A DNA stretch of 64,000 nt from assembly GCA_951406725.2 (NCBI GenBank), contig OX597818.1, forward strand, positions 36,084,001 to 36,148,000, given 5' to 3'. The position numbers and the translations under genes were made by a program. Origin of the DNA: Octopus vulgaris. Its lineage: Eukaryota. Positions 27,163-41,579 of this stretch are shown here, piece after piece (position 1 is the first letter of the stretch; each line of letters opens with the position of its first letter). The notes beneath the pieces are model-generated. The model did no database searches and was not told the DNA's origin. It was given only the letters and a program-made list of their open reading frames with translations.

Positions 27163-28380
27163 TTGAGACATCCCCTGAATAATTTGGTTTCTTCAATTGC
27201 ATGAACTAAAAGTCGGAGAGGGACGGGAAATAGACTACCTGCATCAACTTTGCTATAAAAGCAGGTAGTAATTTTACCTTGTCCTTAAGTTTTGAAAAAT
27301 GCATTTCGATTTTAACAGTTATTTTTTCAAAGCTAAAATATAAGTAGCAAAGTAGCATATTCGGCACATTTTGCTTTATGAGTACAATAAAGACAACAAC
27401 GCAACGGAAAGAGCGAGGAATATTGATGCAGTATATGGGGCTCGAACAGCAAGCGTAAGCCACTGTCAATGGTGCTTTCAGAAATTCCGAGCCGGAAACT
27501 ACGGCCTAGAAGACGAGCCTCGTCCTGAAAGATCTGTAGAACTGTACCAGGACGTCCTGCAAACCTTGGTGGAACAAAATCTCATCGGAACTTTTGAGGA
27601 ACTAGCAAAGAAGCTTGGATTTGGACATTCAGCCATTCATCGACACCTGCGTGCCATCGGAAAAGTCAGCAAATTGGGTCAATGGGTTCCTCACAAACTT
27701 TCCGAGTCTAATCGTACGCAGAGAATGAATGTGCTCGTCTTTGCTGTTGTGTGTCACGAATGAACCTTTTTTGGACCGAATAGTGACTGATGACGCGAAA
27801 TGGGTTCTATATAAAAAAAACAGTCAAGCGCTGAAGATAGTGCGTAGGGAAAGGAGAAACACCGGTACCCCAGGCTAAAGAAGGCCTTCACCCACGTAAG
27901 CTATTGTTATCTGTTTGGTGGCATATGAAAGGATTAGTCCACTTCGAACTTTTAAACTTAAACCAAACGATATCAAAGGATATCTGCGAGCAGCTTGAGC
28001 AGCCTAAGTCAGCGCTACAAGAAAAACGACCGTCTTTGGTTTCAAGACGAACGTGTTCTTCCATCAGGATAATATTCGGCCACATACAGCGAGGATGACA
28101 TTCCAAAGGCAGGAACAGTTTTAATGGGAAACGATGCATCATCCACCATATTCGCCATACATTGCCCCATCTCATTATCATTTTTCCGCAGTTTTCAAAA
28201 TCATTTGGATAGAAAAATATAAACTCGGTAGACGCGGTCAGAACAGTACTGGGGGAGCATATTTGGTCACGGACAAGTGAATTTTGGGGGAGGAGCCTTG
28301 CAAGTCTACCTGATAGATGGAAGAACATTGTAGAAAATGAAGGAACGTGTATTTTAGATTAAAAAAGAACTTTGTTTATC
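27163..28380 (+). pseudogene. Decayed mariner (DD34D, Mos1-like) transposon; transposase ~27338-28362
   Basis: HIRHILLYEYNKDNNATERARNI (HTH), GQWVPHKL, LSVWW, HQDN and HPPYSPYIAPSHY motifs across frames; stops and frameshifts; TA-flanked 5' end; 3' TIR lost. Confidence 0.88.
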
Positions 28381-29261
28381 ATACGCGAATTGTTAGAAAG
28401 TATCATAAAAGTACAGCTGCCAAAATTACTGCAGAGCTTCATGACCACCTCGAGAACCCAGTTTCCACAAAAACTGTTCGTCTGGTGCTGCACAAAGCCA
28501 GATTTCACGGGAGGGCTGCAATCAGGAAACCACTACTTTCAAAAACAAAAGTAAGTTTCAAAGCGTTTAAATTGGAGTAAAAACCTACAGAATTGGTCCC
28601 TAAAGCAGTTGAAGGACGTTATTTTCTCGGACGAGTCAACCATTTCCTTATTTCAGTCCACAGGCCAAGTATACGTATGGAGATAGCCAAAAGAAGCATT
28701 TGACCCAGCCTACCTTCTTCCAACTGTTAAACATGGAGGAGGATCTGTGATGATCCAGGGGCTATATCTTGAAAATCCACCGGCCCAGTGGTATCTCTTC
28801 ATGACAAAATTAATAGTCAATACTATTTAAACATTTTATCTGATCAAATTCGTCCTATGGTTGCGAAACTGTTTCCGGAGGGAAACGCAATCATTCAGGA
28901 TGATAATGCACCGAATCCACACAGCTAAATTTATTACTGAATGACACGAGGAACATTCTAGTGAAGTTGAAAATCTTATCTGGCCACCACAGTCCTCAGA
29001 TCTCAATGTTATTGAACATTTAAGGTGTATTTTAGAAAAACAAGTAAGGAGTCGATTTCCTCCACCATCATCACTACAAGAACTGGAGACTGTTTTAGCT
29101 GAAGAATGGACAAAAATTCCTTTGGAAAAAATTCAATCTTTGTAGGAGTCCATACCTCGTAGAATTCAAGCTGTAATTGCTGCCAAAAGGCGGTCCTACT
29201 CCATATTAGATTCAATTTGTTTGAAATTTTAAGGTGTTTCCATTATTTTGTTCAATCCCTG
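28381..29261 (+). pseudogene. Decayed Tc1 (DD34E) transposon, 3' portion with TIR
   Basis: STAAKITAEL..VSTKTVR..RKPLL, VIFSDES, TVKHGGGSVMI, IQDDNAP, WPPQSSDLNVIEHL, GGPTPY*; ends GTGTTTCCATTATTTTGTTCAATCCCTG|TA. Confidence 0.88.
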
Positions 29262-29419
29262 TATATAAGTTTCTATCATTTTTTATTTACTAGTTGCTTT
29301 TATTTATTTATTTATTTATTTGTTTATTTGTTTATTTATTTATTTAGTTATTTATTTATTTATTTTGCTCTCGCCCAGATCTTTCTACTCTCTACCTTCC
29401 ATTCACATTCCATTCACAA

Positions 29420-29551
29420 ATTTCTCAAAATTACTACTACCACTACCATCACTACCACATCCACTACCACCACCACTACCTCCACCGTCTCGAGCAGAAC
29501 CATCACCACCTTCAAGACGATACCTCCGCCACCTCCACCACCGTCGTTGTC

Positions 29552-29583
<32 letters not shown>

Positions 29584-29592
29584 CAACAACAT

Positions 29593-29625
<33 letters not shown>

Positions 29626-29884
29626 AACCACCACTACTATTGTTGCTGCTGCTTACATCTATGGCGCTGCATTCATTTCCATCCTGTTTCCCCATTCATA
29701 ATGCCTCTCCTTCTAACACCCCAGACACAAAGTTCCTATCGGTCCCTCCTTTCTCTCTCTCTCTCTCCCTTTCTTTTTATCTTTCTTTCTTTCTTTCTTT
29801 CTTTCCTTCTCTCTCACCTTTTTTCTCTACTAGACCTTCACCTCACCACGTTTAAACTTATTCTTATTCCCCATCATCATCATC

Positions 29885-29930
<46 letters not shown>

Positions 29931-29932
29931 CC

Positions 29933-30020
<88 letters not shown>

Positions 30021-31531
30021 TCATCGTCATCGTCGTCGTCGTCGCCGTCGGAAACAAAGTTGTCAGAAATAACCTTTGCATTATACACTACCTGCTACTT
30101 TTATCAACACTATCAACACCACTATTGCTACTGCTATTGCTGCCCCTGTTGCTGCTTTTCCTCCTCATCCACCCTCTTCCTCCTCATCCCCCTCTTCCCC
30201 TCTTCCTTCTCCTTTTACCCCTCTTCCTCTTTCTCCTCTTCCTCCCTCGTCCTTCTCTCCCTCTTCCACCTGCTCCTCAACATAATCTTCATCATCCCCT
30301 TCTTCCTCCACTTCCTCCCCATCATCATCGTCTCCCTCTTCCTCCTCCTCATCCCCCTCCTCCCCCTCTTCCTCCTGCTCCTGCTCATCATCATCCCCCC
30401 TTCCTCCTCCCCCTAATCATCATCATCATCATCATCACCATCTCCCTCTTCCTCGCCCTCCTCCTCTCTTCCCCCCACCCCGCTTCCTCCCATTCTCTTT
30501 TCCTTCCTCCTCCCTCCTCTTCTCCCTCCTCCTCCTAATCCCCTCTTCTTCCTCCTCCTCCTCCTCCTCCTCTCTTCCCCCATCACCCCGCCTCCTCCCC
30601 TCCTCTTCTCCCTCCTCCTCCTCCTAATCCCCTCTTCTTCCTTCTCCTCTTCCCCCTCCATCTCCTACTCCTAAAGCTGTCACTGCTGCTGCTGCTGTCA
30701 CTGCTGCTGCCTCTGCCGGTACTTTCTGAACCAACCGTATGCTTGTCACCTCTTCCATCCTCCATTGACCGTTATTGACTCAGAGGCTTACCTTTAAAAA
30801 ATAGCAAAAATAACAACAAAAAAAACAACAAAAATAACAAAAAAAAACAGACATACGCCTTCTCCCCCACCCCCCTACCAACACCATCATCACCACCATA
30901 TTCATCACACCTTCCATGCCCTCCCCAACCCCCACAACATCACAACCAACCGATCGATCTTTATCATCGATACATCTACTATAACCCCAAACAACAACAA
31001 CAACAACAACAACAACTACGACTGCAATGTATTGGACGAGGTTCGACGTGGTCGCGTACCATGCTAGAAATAGTTACCACAACCTCTTTGAGTTTATACT
31101 CTACCCATTTTAGGAGGGAGAAGAAAAACCGCATTGCATTGAATAAATGTGATCGTGGGTCCGTGCACATGGGGGAAATAAAACGTCGGGGTGTTCAGGG
31201 CTGGAATGTCTTTGATCATAAATCTTCTCAATCAGGTCCCACCGAACCGACGTGGAGCTCTACTACTACTACTACTACTACTATCACCACCACCACCACC
31301 ACGACCACTACTACGACTACTACTACTACTACTACCGCCACCACCACCACTACTACGACTACTACTACTACTAATGCCACCACCACCACCACCACCACCA
31401 CTACTACTACTACTACTACCACCGCCACCACCACCACTACTACTACTACCGCCGCCACCACCACCACCACCATTATTACTACTACTACCACCGCCGTCGC
31501 CACCACCACCACCACCACCACCACCACCACC

Positions 31532-31602
<71 letters not shown>

Positions 31603-31613
31603 CACTGCTGCTG

Positions 31614-31677
<64 letters not shown>

Positions 31678-32136
31678 AAAGCGCTATTACTGGTTCTACC
31701 TCAAACGCGAGCGCCAATATGTTCCCCACCACCACCACCACCACCACCACAGCTTCAAATACCATGTGTACTGCCCCCTCTTCCCTTCCGAAGTTCCCAC
31801 CGCCATTATTGGATCTACTATAAAAGAGAACGTTTCCATGACAATCATTGATAAAAATATTTATCCACCTCCACCACCACCACCACAACCACCACCAACA
31901 GCAACAACATCATTATCTGTAGCACCACCGTTCCTCCCATGCAGCAGCAGCAGCAATCATGAATTAAAACATTCCACAAGATTCGTCGCAGTCGTCGTCG
32001 TCTTCGAGTCGACATCGCGTCCGCCGGCGTCAGAATCAGAACCACTAACACCACCACAGCAACCGCATTCACCAGCACCACCGGCTTACTACAACAGCTA
32101 CGGCAACAAATACACGAAACACTACTACGACTCCTT

Positions 32137-32203
<67 letters not shown>

Positions 32204-32445
32204 CACCGCTGCTGCTGCTGCTATTACTACTACCACGTCGTCTACTATCACCATAGCCACTGCCAAAAGCACCACCACCACTACTACCACCACGACAAGA
32301 TCAACGATATCACAGGTTCCATTGGCAAAAGAACACGATACACACAATTACACAACCACAGCCACCACTACCACCATCAACAACTACTACTACTACTACT
32401 ACTGCTGCTGCTGCTGTTGCAACTACTACTACTAATACTACTGCA

Positions 32446-32533
<88 letters not shown>

Positions 32534-32924
32534 TGAATAAAATGAATAAAATAAAAAAAAGATGAACGAACTATTGAGTTTAGTTTAATGGCCTACCAAT
32601 GTATACTATGAGTACTTTGCCCTAGGAGTCGGGAAGACACTCGGCAAGGAATGGAAGCAAATTTGAAAGAAGAAAAAAAAATAATAATAATACTACTAAT
32701 AATAATAATAATAATAACAATGATAATGATGATAATAATATTTCTTACTATAGGCACAAGGTCTAAAATTTTAGGGGCGGGGGTATAGTTTCACTTATAC
32801 TTAATTTATCGACCCCGAAAGGATGAGAGGCAAAGTCGGTTTCTGCGGCATTTGAACTCGGAACGTTAAGCGGACGGAATTCTGCTAAGCAATTCGCCCG
32901 AGGTGCTAACTATTCTGTAAGCTC

Positions 32925-32962
<38 letters not shown>

Positions 32963-32981
32963 TAATAATAATAATAATAAT

Positions 32982-33020
<39 letters not shown>

Positions 33021-33045
33021 AATAATGATAATAATAATAATAATA

Positions 33046-33077
<32 letters not shown>

Positions 33078-33119
33078 AATGATAACAATAACAATAATAA
33101 CAACAACAACAACAACAAC

Positions 33120-33160
<41 letters not shown>

Positions 33161-33190
33161 TGATAATAATAATAATAATAATAATAATGT
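29420..33190. repeat. Mosaic trinucleotide low-complexity region (ACC/ACT/CAT/CCT/TAA)
   Basis: Long runs of ACT, ACC, CAT, CCT and AAT interleaved with short unique segments. Confidence 0.85.
32740..32925 (-). mobile_element. Diverged SINE family B
   Basis: TACTTAATTTATCGACCCCGAAAGGATGA..TTTGAACTC; sits within (TAA)n. Confidence 0.7.
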
Positions 33191-33703
33191 TCCCATAGCA
33201 ACCATTGATAAAAGTTGTACTAATACATCCTGCTTCAACCCTACTTCACTCATTCAGTGCCAACAACTTCAGGAATAGGGTACCTTTACGTGGTAGATAT
33301 CTGCCTGCCAGAAACAACAGCCAAATATCCTTCAGGTCTCACCTTTTATCATGAGTTATGCAGTGTTAGGTAAATAGTAAATAGTAACAAAACAATATTT
33401 AAGAAACAAAAATACCCGATGGAATGGCCATGTACAGAATGCTGAACATCATAGATTTACTTCAACAGGGTTGACCTGGGCCTAAAAATCAACACCAATA
33501 ACATAGCATTCCTAAACTCCTTAATTACCTACCCACATGCATGCTTATACCTCTTATCACCCCCTCTCTATACCTGTCTGTCTGTAAACTCATGCACACA
33601 TATGCATTCATACACGCACACACACACACACATAAATAAATGAATATGTATATAAACATTTACATGTATGTGCGTATGCGTATACATATGAGTGACATGT
33701 ATG

Positions 33704-33821
<118 letters not shown>

Positions 33822-33982
33822 CATATATATATACGCACCTACACACATACACACATATATATATATGCATGTATTTATATACACTTGCATATCTACGCAT
33901 ATCGATCTATACATCATTTATTCAATTTTCTTCCTTTCCATCACTACACACATACACTAATGTATAAATGTATACACATATA

Positions 33983-34034
<52 letters not shown>

Positions 34035-34712
34035 TCCACACACACACACACACTCACACATATGCATATATGCATACACATACGCACACACACACACAGA
34101 CACGCATATATATATACACACATAGATAGATAGATAGTTAGATATATATAATTATATATATATATGTGTGTGTGTGTGTGTATGCATGCATGTATGTATG
34201 TATGTATGTCTAGCGGTACGTGCACAAAGCAGAGAGGCCTTACGCAGTCGCTGCTACATCATCTGCATTTTGCACCCAGCTGCCAACCTGGCAGTCACCC
34301 CCCACCCCCTCCCCACCAAACCCCCATCTCTGAAGATATCGGTGAATGACACAATACATGCCATCGTCGAAATTCCAGGGATACCGGAAGTAAAGAGATC
34401 GGTGTCAACCAACGCCCACAGATATATATATATATATACGGTTGAGATCTCTCCAGCATCATCCCTATATAGGGAAGGGGGTCGGATCGGGAAGTGCTGT
34501 GTGTGGGTTTGGGTTTGGGTGCAGGGGTGTGGGTCCCTACATCAAACGAAACATCCCCCCCTCCTCTGCAATTTTGTTTTATGATCCTTTTTTTTTGTAT
34601 TGTCTGTTTCTTTGTTGTTTTCTTTTTGTTTTCTTTTTTCGTTTCTTGTCTCAGCAGGACAACGTGCATCATGAATGCTCACTTTAATCGGAGTTGCCAC
34701 CATCGTCGACAT

Positions 34713-34766
<54 letters not shown>

Positions 34767-35229
34767 TAGCAGCATCTTCATCAATTAAGTTTACTTTTAA
34801 CACCACCAACATCTTCATTCATTCATTCATTCATTCATTCATTCATTCATCGTCAATATCATCATCATTGTCATTTTTGGTGGTGGTGGTCGTCGTCATC
34901 TCCGTTGATGCTGTCTTTATCCTCATTATCAATGTCGTCCTCTTCTTCTTTCTCTCCTCCCTCCTCCTCCTCTTCCTCTCCTCCCTCCTTCTTTTTTCCA
35001 CCTCTCCTCTTCTCCCTCTCCTATCCTCTTCCTTCTCCCTGAGCTCCTCCTCCTCTCCTTTCATTTCTTTTCCTCGCCTCCTTTTCCCTTCCATCCCTTT
35101 CTCTCTCCTCCTCCTTACCTCTCCTACTCCTCTTCCTCCTTATCATCATCAGCACCACTTCACTCATCATCATCGTCATCATCATCATCAACAGCAGCAA
35201 CAGCTATCTCCGCTGTTGCTATAATGCTT

Positions 35230-35277
<48 letters not shown>

Positions 35278-35392
35278 CACCACTACTACTAGTACTACCA
35301 CCACCACCACCACCACTGTTGCTCTAATGTTCTACTACTACTACTATTACTACTACTACCACCACCATCACTACTACTACTACCACCACCAA

Positions 35393-35431
<39 letters not shown>

Positions 35432-35926
35432 AAAATAAAAAATAAATTATAAGCAATATAGATAATTTTAGCATCATTGTCGAAAAGTGAAAAATTTTAA
35501 GAGATTACGGTGTCTACGCTGTCACACTGTCTCTAGCCTTTCTGGAAATAACAGCCGAATCTTCCTTTAATCACAGTCTCTACTCTCTTAAAATATGAAT
35601 GATACATTCGATACGCTACGTTTGTGAAAAAAGACAAAAAATGGAAACAGTCGTATTCGAACTGGAGCACTTATGAGAAACTACCGTGGTCCAAAGAGAC
35701 AATCTACAAGAGTAAAGATAAGGAATATCGGGATAGAGACAGCACTTATATATGGCTGAGATACTGTACAATATCAGTGGTATAACAGGAAATGATCATT
35801 ATCTTTTCATCTCATCATCGTCATCATCGTCGGGGTCGTAATCATCCTCATCATCATCATCATCATGAGAGGGCTGCAATAGCTGCATAGTTTCAAAAAG
35901 TTAACCGCTCTTATCGACAAGTTTTT

Positions 35927-36553
35927 TTTATTTCTTTATGGCCCACAAGGAGCTAAACATAGAGGGGAGAAACAAGGAAAGACAAAGGTGTTAATTCGAT
36001 TACATCGAGCCCAGTGCGTAACTGGTACTTAATTTATCGACCCCGAAAGGATGAAAGGCAAAGACGACCTCGGTGGAATTTGAACTCAGAACGTAGCGGC
36101 AGACAAAATACTGCTAAGCATTTCGCCCGGGGTGCTAACGTTTCCTATTTCTTTATTGCCCACAAGGGGCTAAACATAGAGAAGACAAACAAGGACAGAC
36201 AAAGGTATTAAGTCGACTACATCGACCCCAGTGCGTAACTGGTACTTATTTTATCGACCCCGAAAGGATGAAAGGCAAAGTCGACATCGGTAGAATTTGA
36301 ACTCAGAACGTAGCGGCAGACAAAATACTGCTAAGCATTTCGCCCGGAGTGCTAACGTTTCTTATTTCTTTATTGCCCACAAGGGATTAAACATAGAGGG
36401 GACAAACAAGGTCACACAAAGGTATTAAGTCGACTACATCGACCCCAGTGCGTAACTGGTACTTATTTTATCGACCCCGAAAGGATGAAAGGCAAAGTCG
36501 ACCTCGGTGGAATTTGAACTCAGAACGTAACGGCAGACGAAATACCGTAAGCA
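35927..36553 (-). mobile_element. Tandem trimer of SINE family B (~217-bp unit)
   Basis: Three direct repeats starting TATTTCTTTAT.GCCCACAAGG at ~35927, ~36145 and ~36362. Confidence 0.88.
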
Positions 36554-36904
36554 TTGTGCTGCTTGTGGTCTAGCTGTGGGTATGAATGTTTCCTCTCCCT
36601 ATGTTGATCTAAACCCCTTTCTTGAGTCGCAGTCGGGGGTCTACCCTGATTCGTCGTACTGCAAGTTAGCTGCAGGTAGATCATTTGTCTTAGAAACGGC
36701 GTTTTTCTTCATTCTTTAAACTTATATCAAACCAATGGACATTTTGCGGTAACTTTATTAGTGGAACTGAAACCAAATAACTGAACCCCAGACCTATTCG
36801 ATCCTCACTCATACAAACAAGACATGCAATGCAAATAATAATAAAAAATCTGTTAAACCCAAAACTAAGAGTTTTTCTATAATTCAGATATTTTTTATTC
36901 ATAT

Positions 36905-37305
36905 GGGCGCAGGCGTGGCTATGTGGTAAGTAGCTTGTTTACAAACCACATTGTTCCGGGTTCAGTCCCACTGCGTGGCACTCTGGGCAAGTGTCTTCTA
37001 ATATTGCCTCGGGCCGACCAAAGCCTTGTGAGTGGATTTGGTAGACGGAAACTGAAAGAAGCCCGTCGTATATATGTATATGTATATATATATGTGTGTG
37101 TTTGTGTGTCTGCGTTTGTCCCCCAACATCGCTTGCTAACAGATGCTGGTGTGTTTACATCCCCGTAACTTAGCCGTTCGGCAATAGAGATCGATAGAAT
37201 TAGTACTAGGCTTACAAAGAATAAGTCCTAGGGTCGATTTGCTCGACTAAAGGCCGTGCTCCAGCATGACCGCAGTCAAATGACTGAAACAAGTAAAAGA
37301 GTAAG
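36905..37305 (+). mobile_element. SINE family A
   Basis: GGCGCAGGCGTGGCTATGTGG..GGTTCAGTCCC..GAAACAAGTAAAAGAG. Confidence 0.85.
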
Positions 37306-37470
37306 TTCCGTCTGATGTGTAAGCGAAAAGAAACTAAAAAGGCTGCTACTTTTTGTTCGTTTATTACAATAGCTATTACTAACGATGCACATGGTTATTT
37401 AAGGAAATAGGCTTGTACCTGATAATAATGACAATGTAAACCAGCGTTTCTTAACTGGGGTCCCCGGGAC

Positions 37471-37896
37471 CAGAGCCGGATTAAGACCTATCGAGGCCGT
37501 AAGCACTTAAAAGATTTTGGTGCCCCCATAGAAGATTATGTAATGCAAAATATAAACAATAACAAACCATAAAATAAATTTTTACTTTTCAAAACGAAAC
37601 AAAACAGTAAGAGGGAAAATAATGTTTATTTTTGCATACTTCCACTTTATTTATATTTCAAAAGTTTCCTCCTACTTTTTTGAATTGCAAAATCTTTGAT
37701 CAGATCCTCAAAATTAATCTTAGTTAACACATTTGCATCTATACTTAGTAGAGATAAAGGCATTCCGAATATTATTTTAGCAAGTTTAAAGTGATTTATT
37801 TTGTGCCGTAAACCACTTACCATTTCTGTGGTACCCCCTCCTTCACTTGATGCCCTAAACACGTCCTTATTTTGCTTAATGGTTAATCCAGCGCTG
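37471..37896 (-). mobile_element. Internally deleted hAT transposon with C-terminal transposase remnant
   Basis: TIRs CAGAGCCGGATTAA / TTAATCCAGCGCTG; 8-bp TSD CCCGGGAC / CCCAGAAC (6/8); ORF 37647-37919 ends LSLLSIDANVLTKINFEDLIKDFAIQKSRRK, typical of the hAT dimerisation-domain end. Confidence 0.78.
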
Positions 37897-37992
37897 CCCA
37901 GAACCCTAGGGTTCCGCAAAAGGTTCCTAGGGTGGTCCGCGAGAAAGAGTGATTAAACTAATGCTAATTTTAACATATGAATAAATAAATAA

Positions 37993-38024
<32 letters not shown>

Positions 38025-38033
<9 letters not shown>

Positions 38034-38164
38034 TTCTGTGTCCCTTTCTGTAGAAGAGCGTAGGCTCGAAACGTAAAAGACTTATTCTATTCCTGAGCGT
38101 TATACTAATACATCTGTTTGTTTTGTACACCACCCGTCTTCTTTTGTTTTTTTCCGTAAACTCT

Positions 38165-38168
<4 letters not shown>
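38025..38168 (+). mobile_element. H1 hammerhead-bearing element in (TA)n
   Basis: CTTT-CTGTAGA-A-GAGC-gtag-GCTC-GAAACGT-A-AAAG at 38044-38079; (TA)n on both sides. Confidence 0.7.
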
Positions 38169-38218
<50 letters not shown>

Positions 38219-38408
38219 CGAGAAATGTTTAAGAACTATACCAAATAATGTTAACGCTTTTTTACTCAATAGACGCTGTTAATGCCTATTAAAATAAAAA
38301 GTAGCAATTTCTTTTTAACCCTTTTGTAAATCATTAACTTAGTGTGTGGATCGTTGACGATTTTTTTTCCTCCGTCTTCCTTTTCTCTTGGACTTTCCTC
38401 TGTCTCCT

Positions 38409-38443
38409 GTTTCTGAAGAAGAGCTTTACTCGAAACGTAAAAC
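38409..38443 (+). ncRNA. Minimal type-I hammerhead ribozyme motif (canonical core)
   Basis: GTTT-CTGAAGA-A-GAG-cttta-CTC-GAAA-CG-T-A-AAAC: stem I GTTT/AAAC, stem II GAG/CTC, palindromic ACGT stem III. Confidence 0.6.
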
Positions 38444-38548
38444 TACCTTTCTTTCCTTCCCTGAGCGTCTTTTAATACTTTGCATGTACAACGTCCTCAC
38501 TTTGTTGGGGTTTTTTTTTTGCATATTTCTTCGCTTTTGGGGGGATTA

Positions 38549-38590
<42 letters not shown>

Positions 38591-38950
38591 CTACGATGAA
38601 AAAAATACGAGGAAGATATGGTATATAATTTTTTTGCGCAGGGTTGCTTGAGACATGTAATTTATTTTAAGGGTTATGCAAGGATAAAAAGGTTGAGAAA
38701 CACTGATCAAAAACTCAGCGAAGTACTTAATTCAAATAAAACAGAAAAGTAAGAAATGAGAACGAGAGAAATAGCTTTTATGCTACACTCAATTTTTTTT
38801 AACAACAACCTGTCTCACAACCGAAACTAGACAATATTTTCATATAAAATTTGAAGGGAAAATAATCATGATCTAAAACAAATTGTTGATTCCAAATGAC
38901 TATGTAATTTAGGAGCACATTCAAGAAAATTATGAAGATATTATAAATTT

Positions 38951-39340
38951 AGTGGCTGTGTGGTAAGTAACTTGTTTACCAGCCTCATGATTCCGGGTTT
39001 AGTCCCACTGCGTGCCACCTTGGGCAAGTGCCTTCTATTATAGCCTGGGGCCGACCAAAGCCTTGTGAGTAGATTTGGTAGACGGAAACTGAAAGAAGCC
39101 CGTCGTATATATGTATATATATATATGTATGTGTGTGTATATGTTTGTGTGTCTGTGTTTGTGCCCCTGGCATTGCTTGACAGCCGATGCTGGTGTGTTT
39201 ATGTCCCCGTCACCTAGCAAAAGGGACCGATAGAATAAGTACTGAGCTTACAAAGAATAAGTCCCGGGGTTGAGTTGCTCGATTAAAGGCGGTGTTCCAG
39301 CATGGCCGCAGTCAAATGACTGAAACAAGTAAAGAGAGTT
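38951..39340 (+). mobile_element. SINE family A
   Basis: Homologous to 36905-37305. Confidence 0.82.
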
Positions 39341-39900
39341 AAATGAAAGAATACATAGCAGAAACGCTAATGCTGAAGAAAGCACAAACCAGGATATTGC
39401 AATCACAGAGAAGACAAAGCTCGAAAAAAGACTTACTAAGAAAATTCGAACCAGGACAACATGAAAACAACTTCCAGATGAATAGAAGGGATGCTGCAAA
39501 GACTAATATGGCTGCAAGATAATTAACTGAACGAGAAAGCCATAGATGATGACTATATAAGAAAGAAGGGTTTGAATAGAAGATGCAACCACGAAAATTT
39601 CAGTTCCGTTGTCAACTCAATAAAATCAAAGAAATATGATGCAAAGACAAAGAATATTTATTCTATATTTTATTTATATATCATATTATCTGTTCATAAA
39701 ATATACGTTTCAAGGCTAGAGTGAGGAATATTTCAGCAATCAATAACTGTGAATGTTGATATTCAAAATAAAATGGACGTATATATGCGTTAAGATCTAT
39801 ATTTATAGGACGATTGGTGTAAACGTATCGATATAAACTAAAGAAACTGAAGGGAAAAAGAGTTATTTTATTAAATTAAAGCGTTGTTCAAAACACATCG

Positions 39901-39972
39901 GCAGTGGCTGTGTGGTAAGTAGCTTGCTAACCAACCACATGGTTCCGGGTTCAGTCCCACTGCGTGGCACCT

Positions 39973-40003
<31 letters not shown>

Positions 40004-40210
40004 TTGTGTGTTTGTCCCTCTAGCATTGCTTGACAACAAATGCTGGTGTGTTTACGTCCCCGTCACTTAGCGGTTCGGCAAAAGAGACCGATAGAATAAG
40101 TACTGGGCTTACAAAGAATAAGTCCCGGGGTCGATTTGCCCGACTAAAGGCGGTGCTGCAGCATGGCCGCAGTCAAATGACTGAAACAATTAAGAGTAAA
40201 GAGTAAAAGG
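39901..40210 (+). mobile_element. SINE family A with internal deletion
   Basis: The head jumps from CGTGGCACCTT directly to the internal (TA)n; tail intact. Confidence 0.8.
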
Positions 40211-41138
40211 AGTGACTTCGCTTTTCATTTCATCATGGTCGATAGAAGTAAGTACCGTTAATGTTCTAAACTCTTTGTTAATTAATATAATTATCTCGTA
40301 CAAATTCGTGACCTTGTCAGTCGGGAGAGGTTAATTAGCAGATATGTTTGAACAAACGTTATCTCCCATTTAGTTAGGGTACAACATGTTTCCCTTGTTT
40401 TTCTTCTCTAGGTGGGCTGGAGTTAACGACAATACCTGTCATCTACTGATTTTGCATCAATAATAAAAAAAAAAAAACATCGACTCCTCTGGCGTTGTTC
40501 CAATGTGGAAAAATCAATATTCTTGGATCAGAAGCATCAGTCAGTTAAGCGTTAGAGAGATTCACAGGAAATCACAGGAACTGTGTGAGATTTACTTTTC
40601 TGAATGAAACTATTATAATAATGTGTTAAAACTTATGTTATATGTGTTTATGAAATATCGTGTGCTTGCCAGCGAACCTATTAAGTTGTTTTGTAGGAAG
40701 GTTTCTATTTCTTTGTTATAGTTTATAGTGTTTCTTTGGGAATTTCGAAGCCAGTTTATCACAGATAAAATAAAACATATGAAATCATGGGTGCTATTTA
40801 GAAGATTGATATCTACACTCGATGAGTCGGTTTATGGGGGGAAAAGTGTCAAATGACTTATAAACATATGCATGCATGTATGAATCCATCCATCCATCCA
40901 TCCATCCATCCATACATACATACATACATACATACATACATACATACATACATACATACATACATACAAACATACAAACATACATACATGTACGTATGGC
41001 TGGATGGATATGTGTATGAATGTGTGCGTGTGTGTGTATGTATGTATGATGGGTATACTTTTGTAATCAAAGACTTTCTCACTTCCCGTCTTTTTTTTTT
41101 GTAAATTCTCACTATATATATATATATATATATACACG

Positions 41139-41172
<34 letters not shown>

Positions 41173-41271
41173 CATACATACATATATATATATATAATAA
41201 AATTTTAGGGAATAAATCCAAACTTACAGGGAAAAGTCAGATTTAGGATTGAATCCAATTTTATAGTAAAA

Positions 41272-41579
41272 TATTATATTATATTAAATTAGAGATAAAA
41301 CCACTATTAGGCAACTCATACAATGAAAAACTTAAGCCAATACATAAGATTAATTAATTTATATTATTTTAAATATATATCAAAATTATTAAAAAAAGGT
41401 AATTAGTATAACACTACGAATTGGACAGCCATGAAACGATGGTAGTGTTATACTAATTATCTTTTTTTAATAATTTTGATATATATTTAAAATAATATAA
41501 ATTAATTAATCTTATGTATTGGCTTAAGTTTTTCATTGTATGATATGCTTAATAGTGGTTTTATCTCTAATTTAATATG

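Larger units (their letters stand above)
37442..38705. mobile_element. Non-autonomous hAT (Charlie-like) element hosting nested insertions
   Basis: TIRs CAGCGTTTCTTAACT / GGTTGAGAAACACTG; degenerate 8-bp flanks ATGTAAAC / ATCAAAAA. Confidence 0.55.

Noticed and set aside
40395-40465. Strong plus-strand splice acceptor (TTTTTCTTCTCTAG|G)
   Set aside because: Short frames end in stops and no partner donor or homology was recognised.
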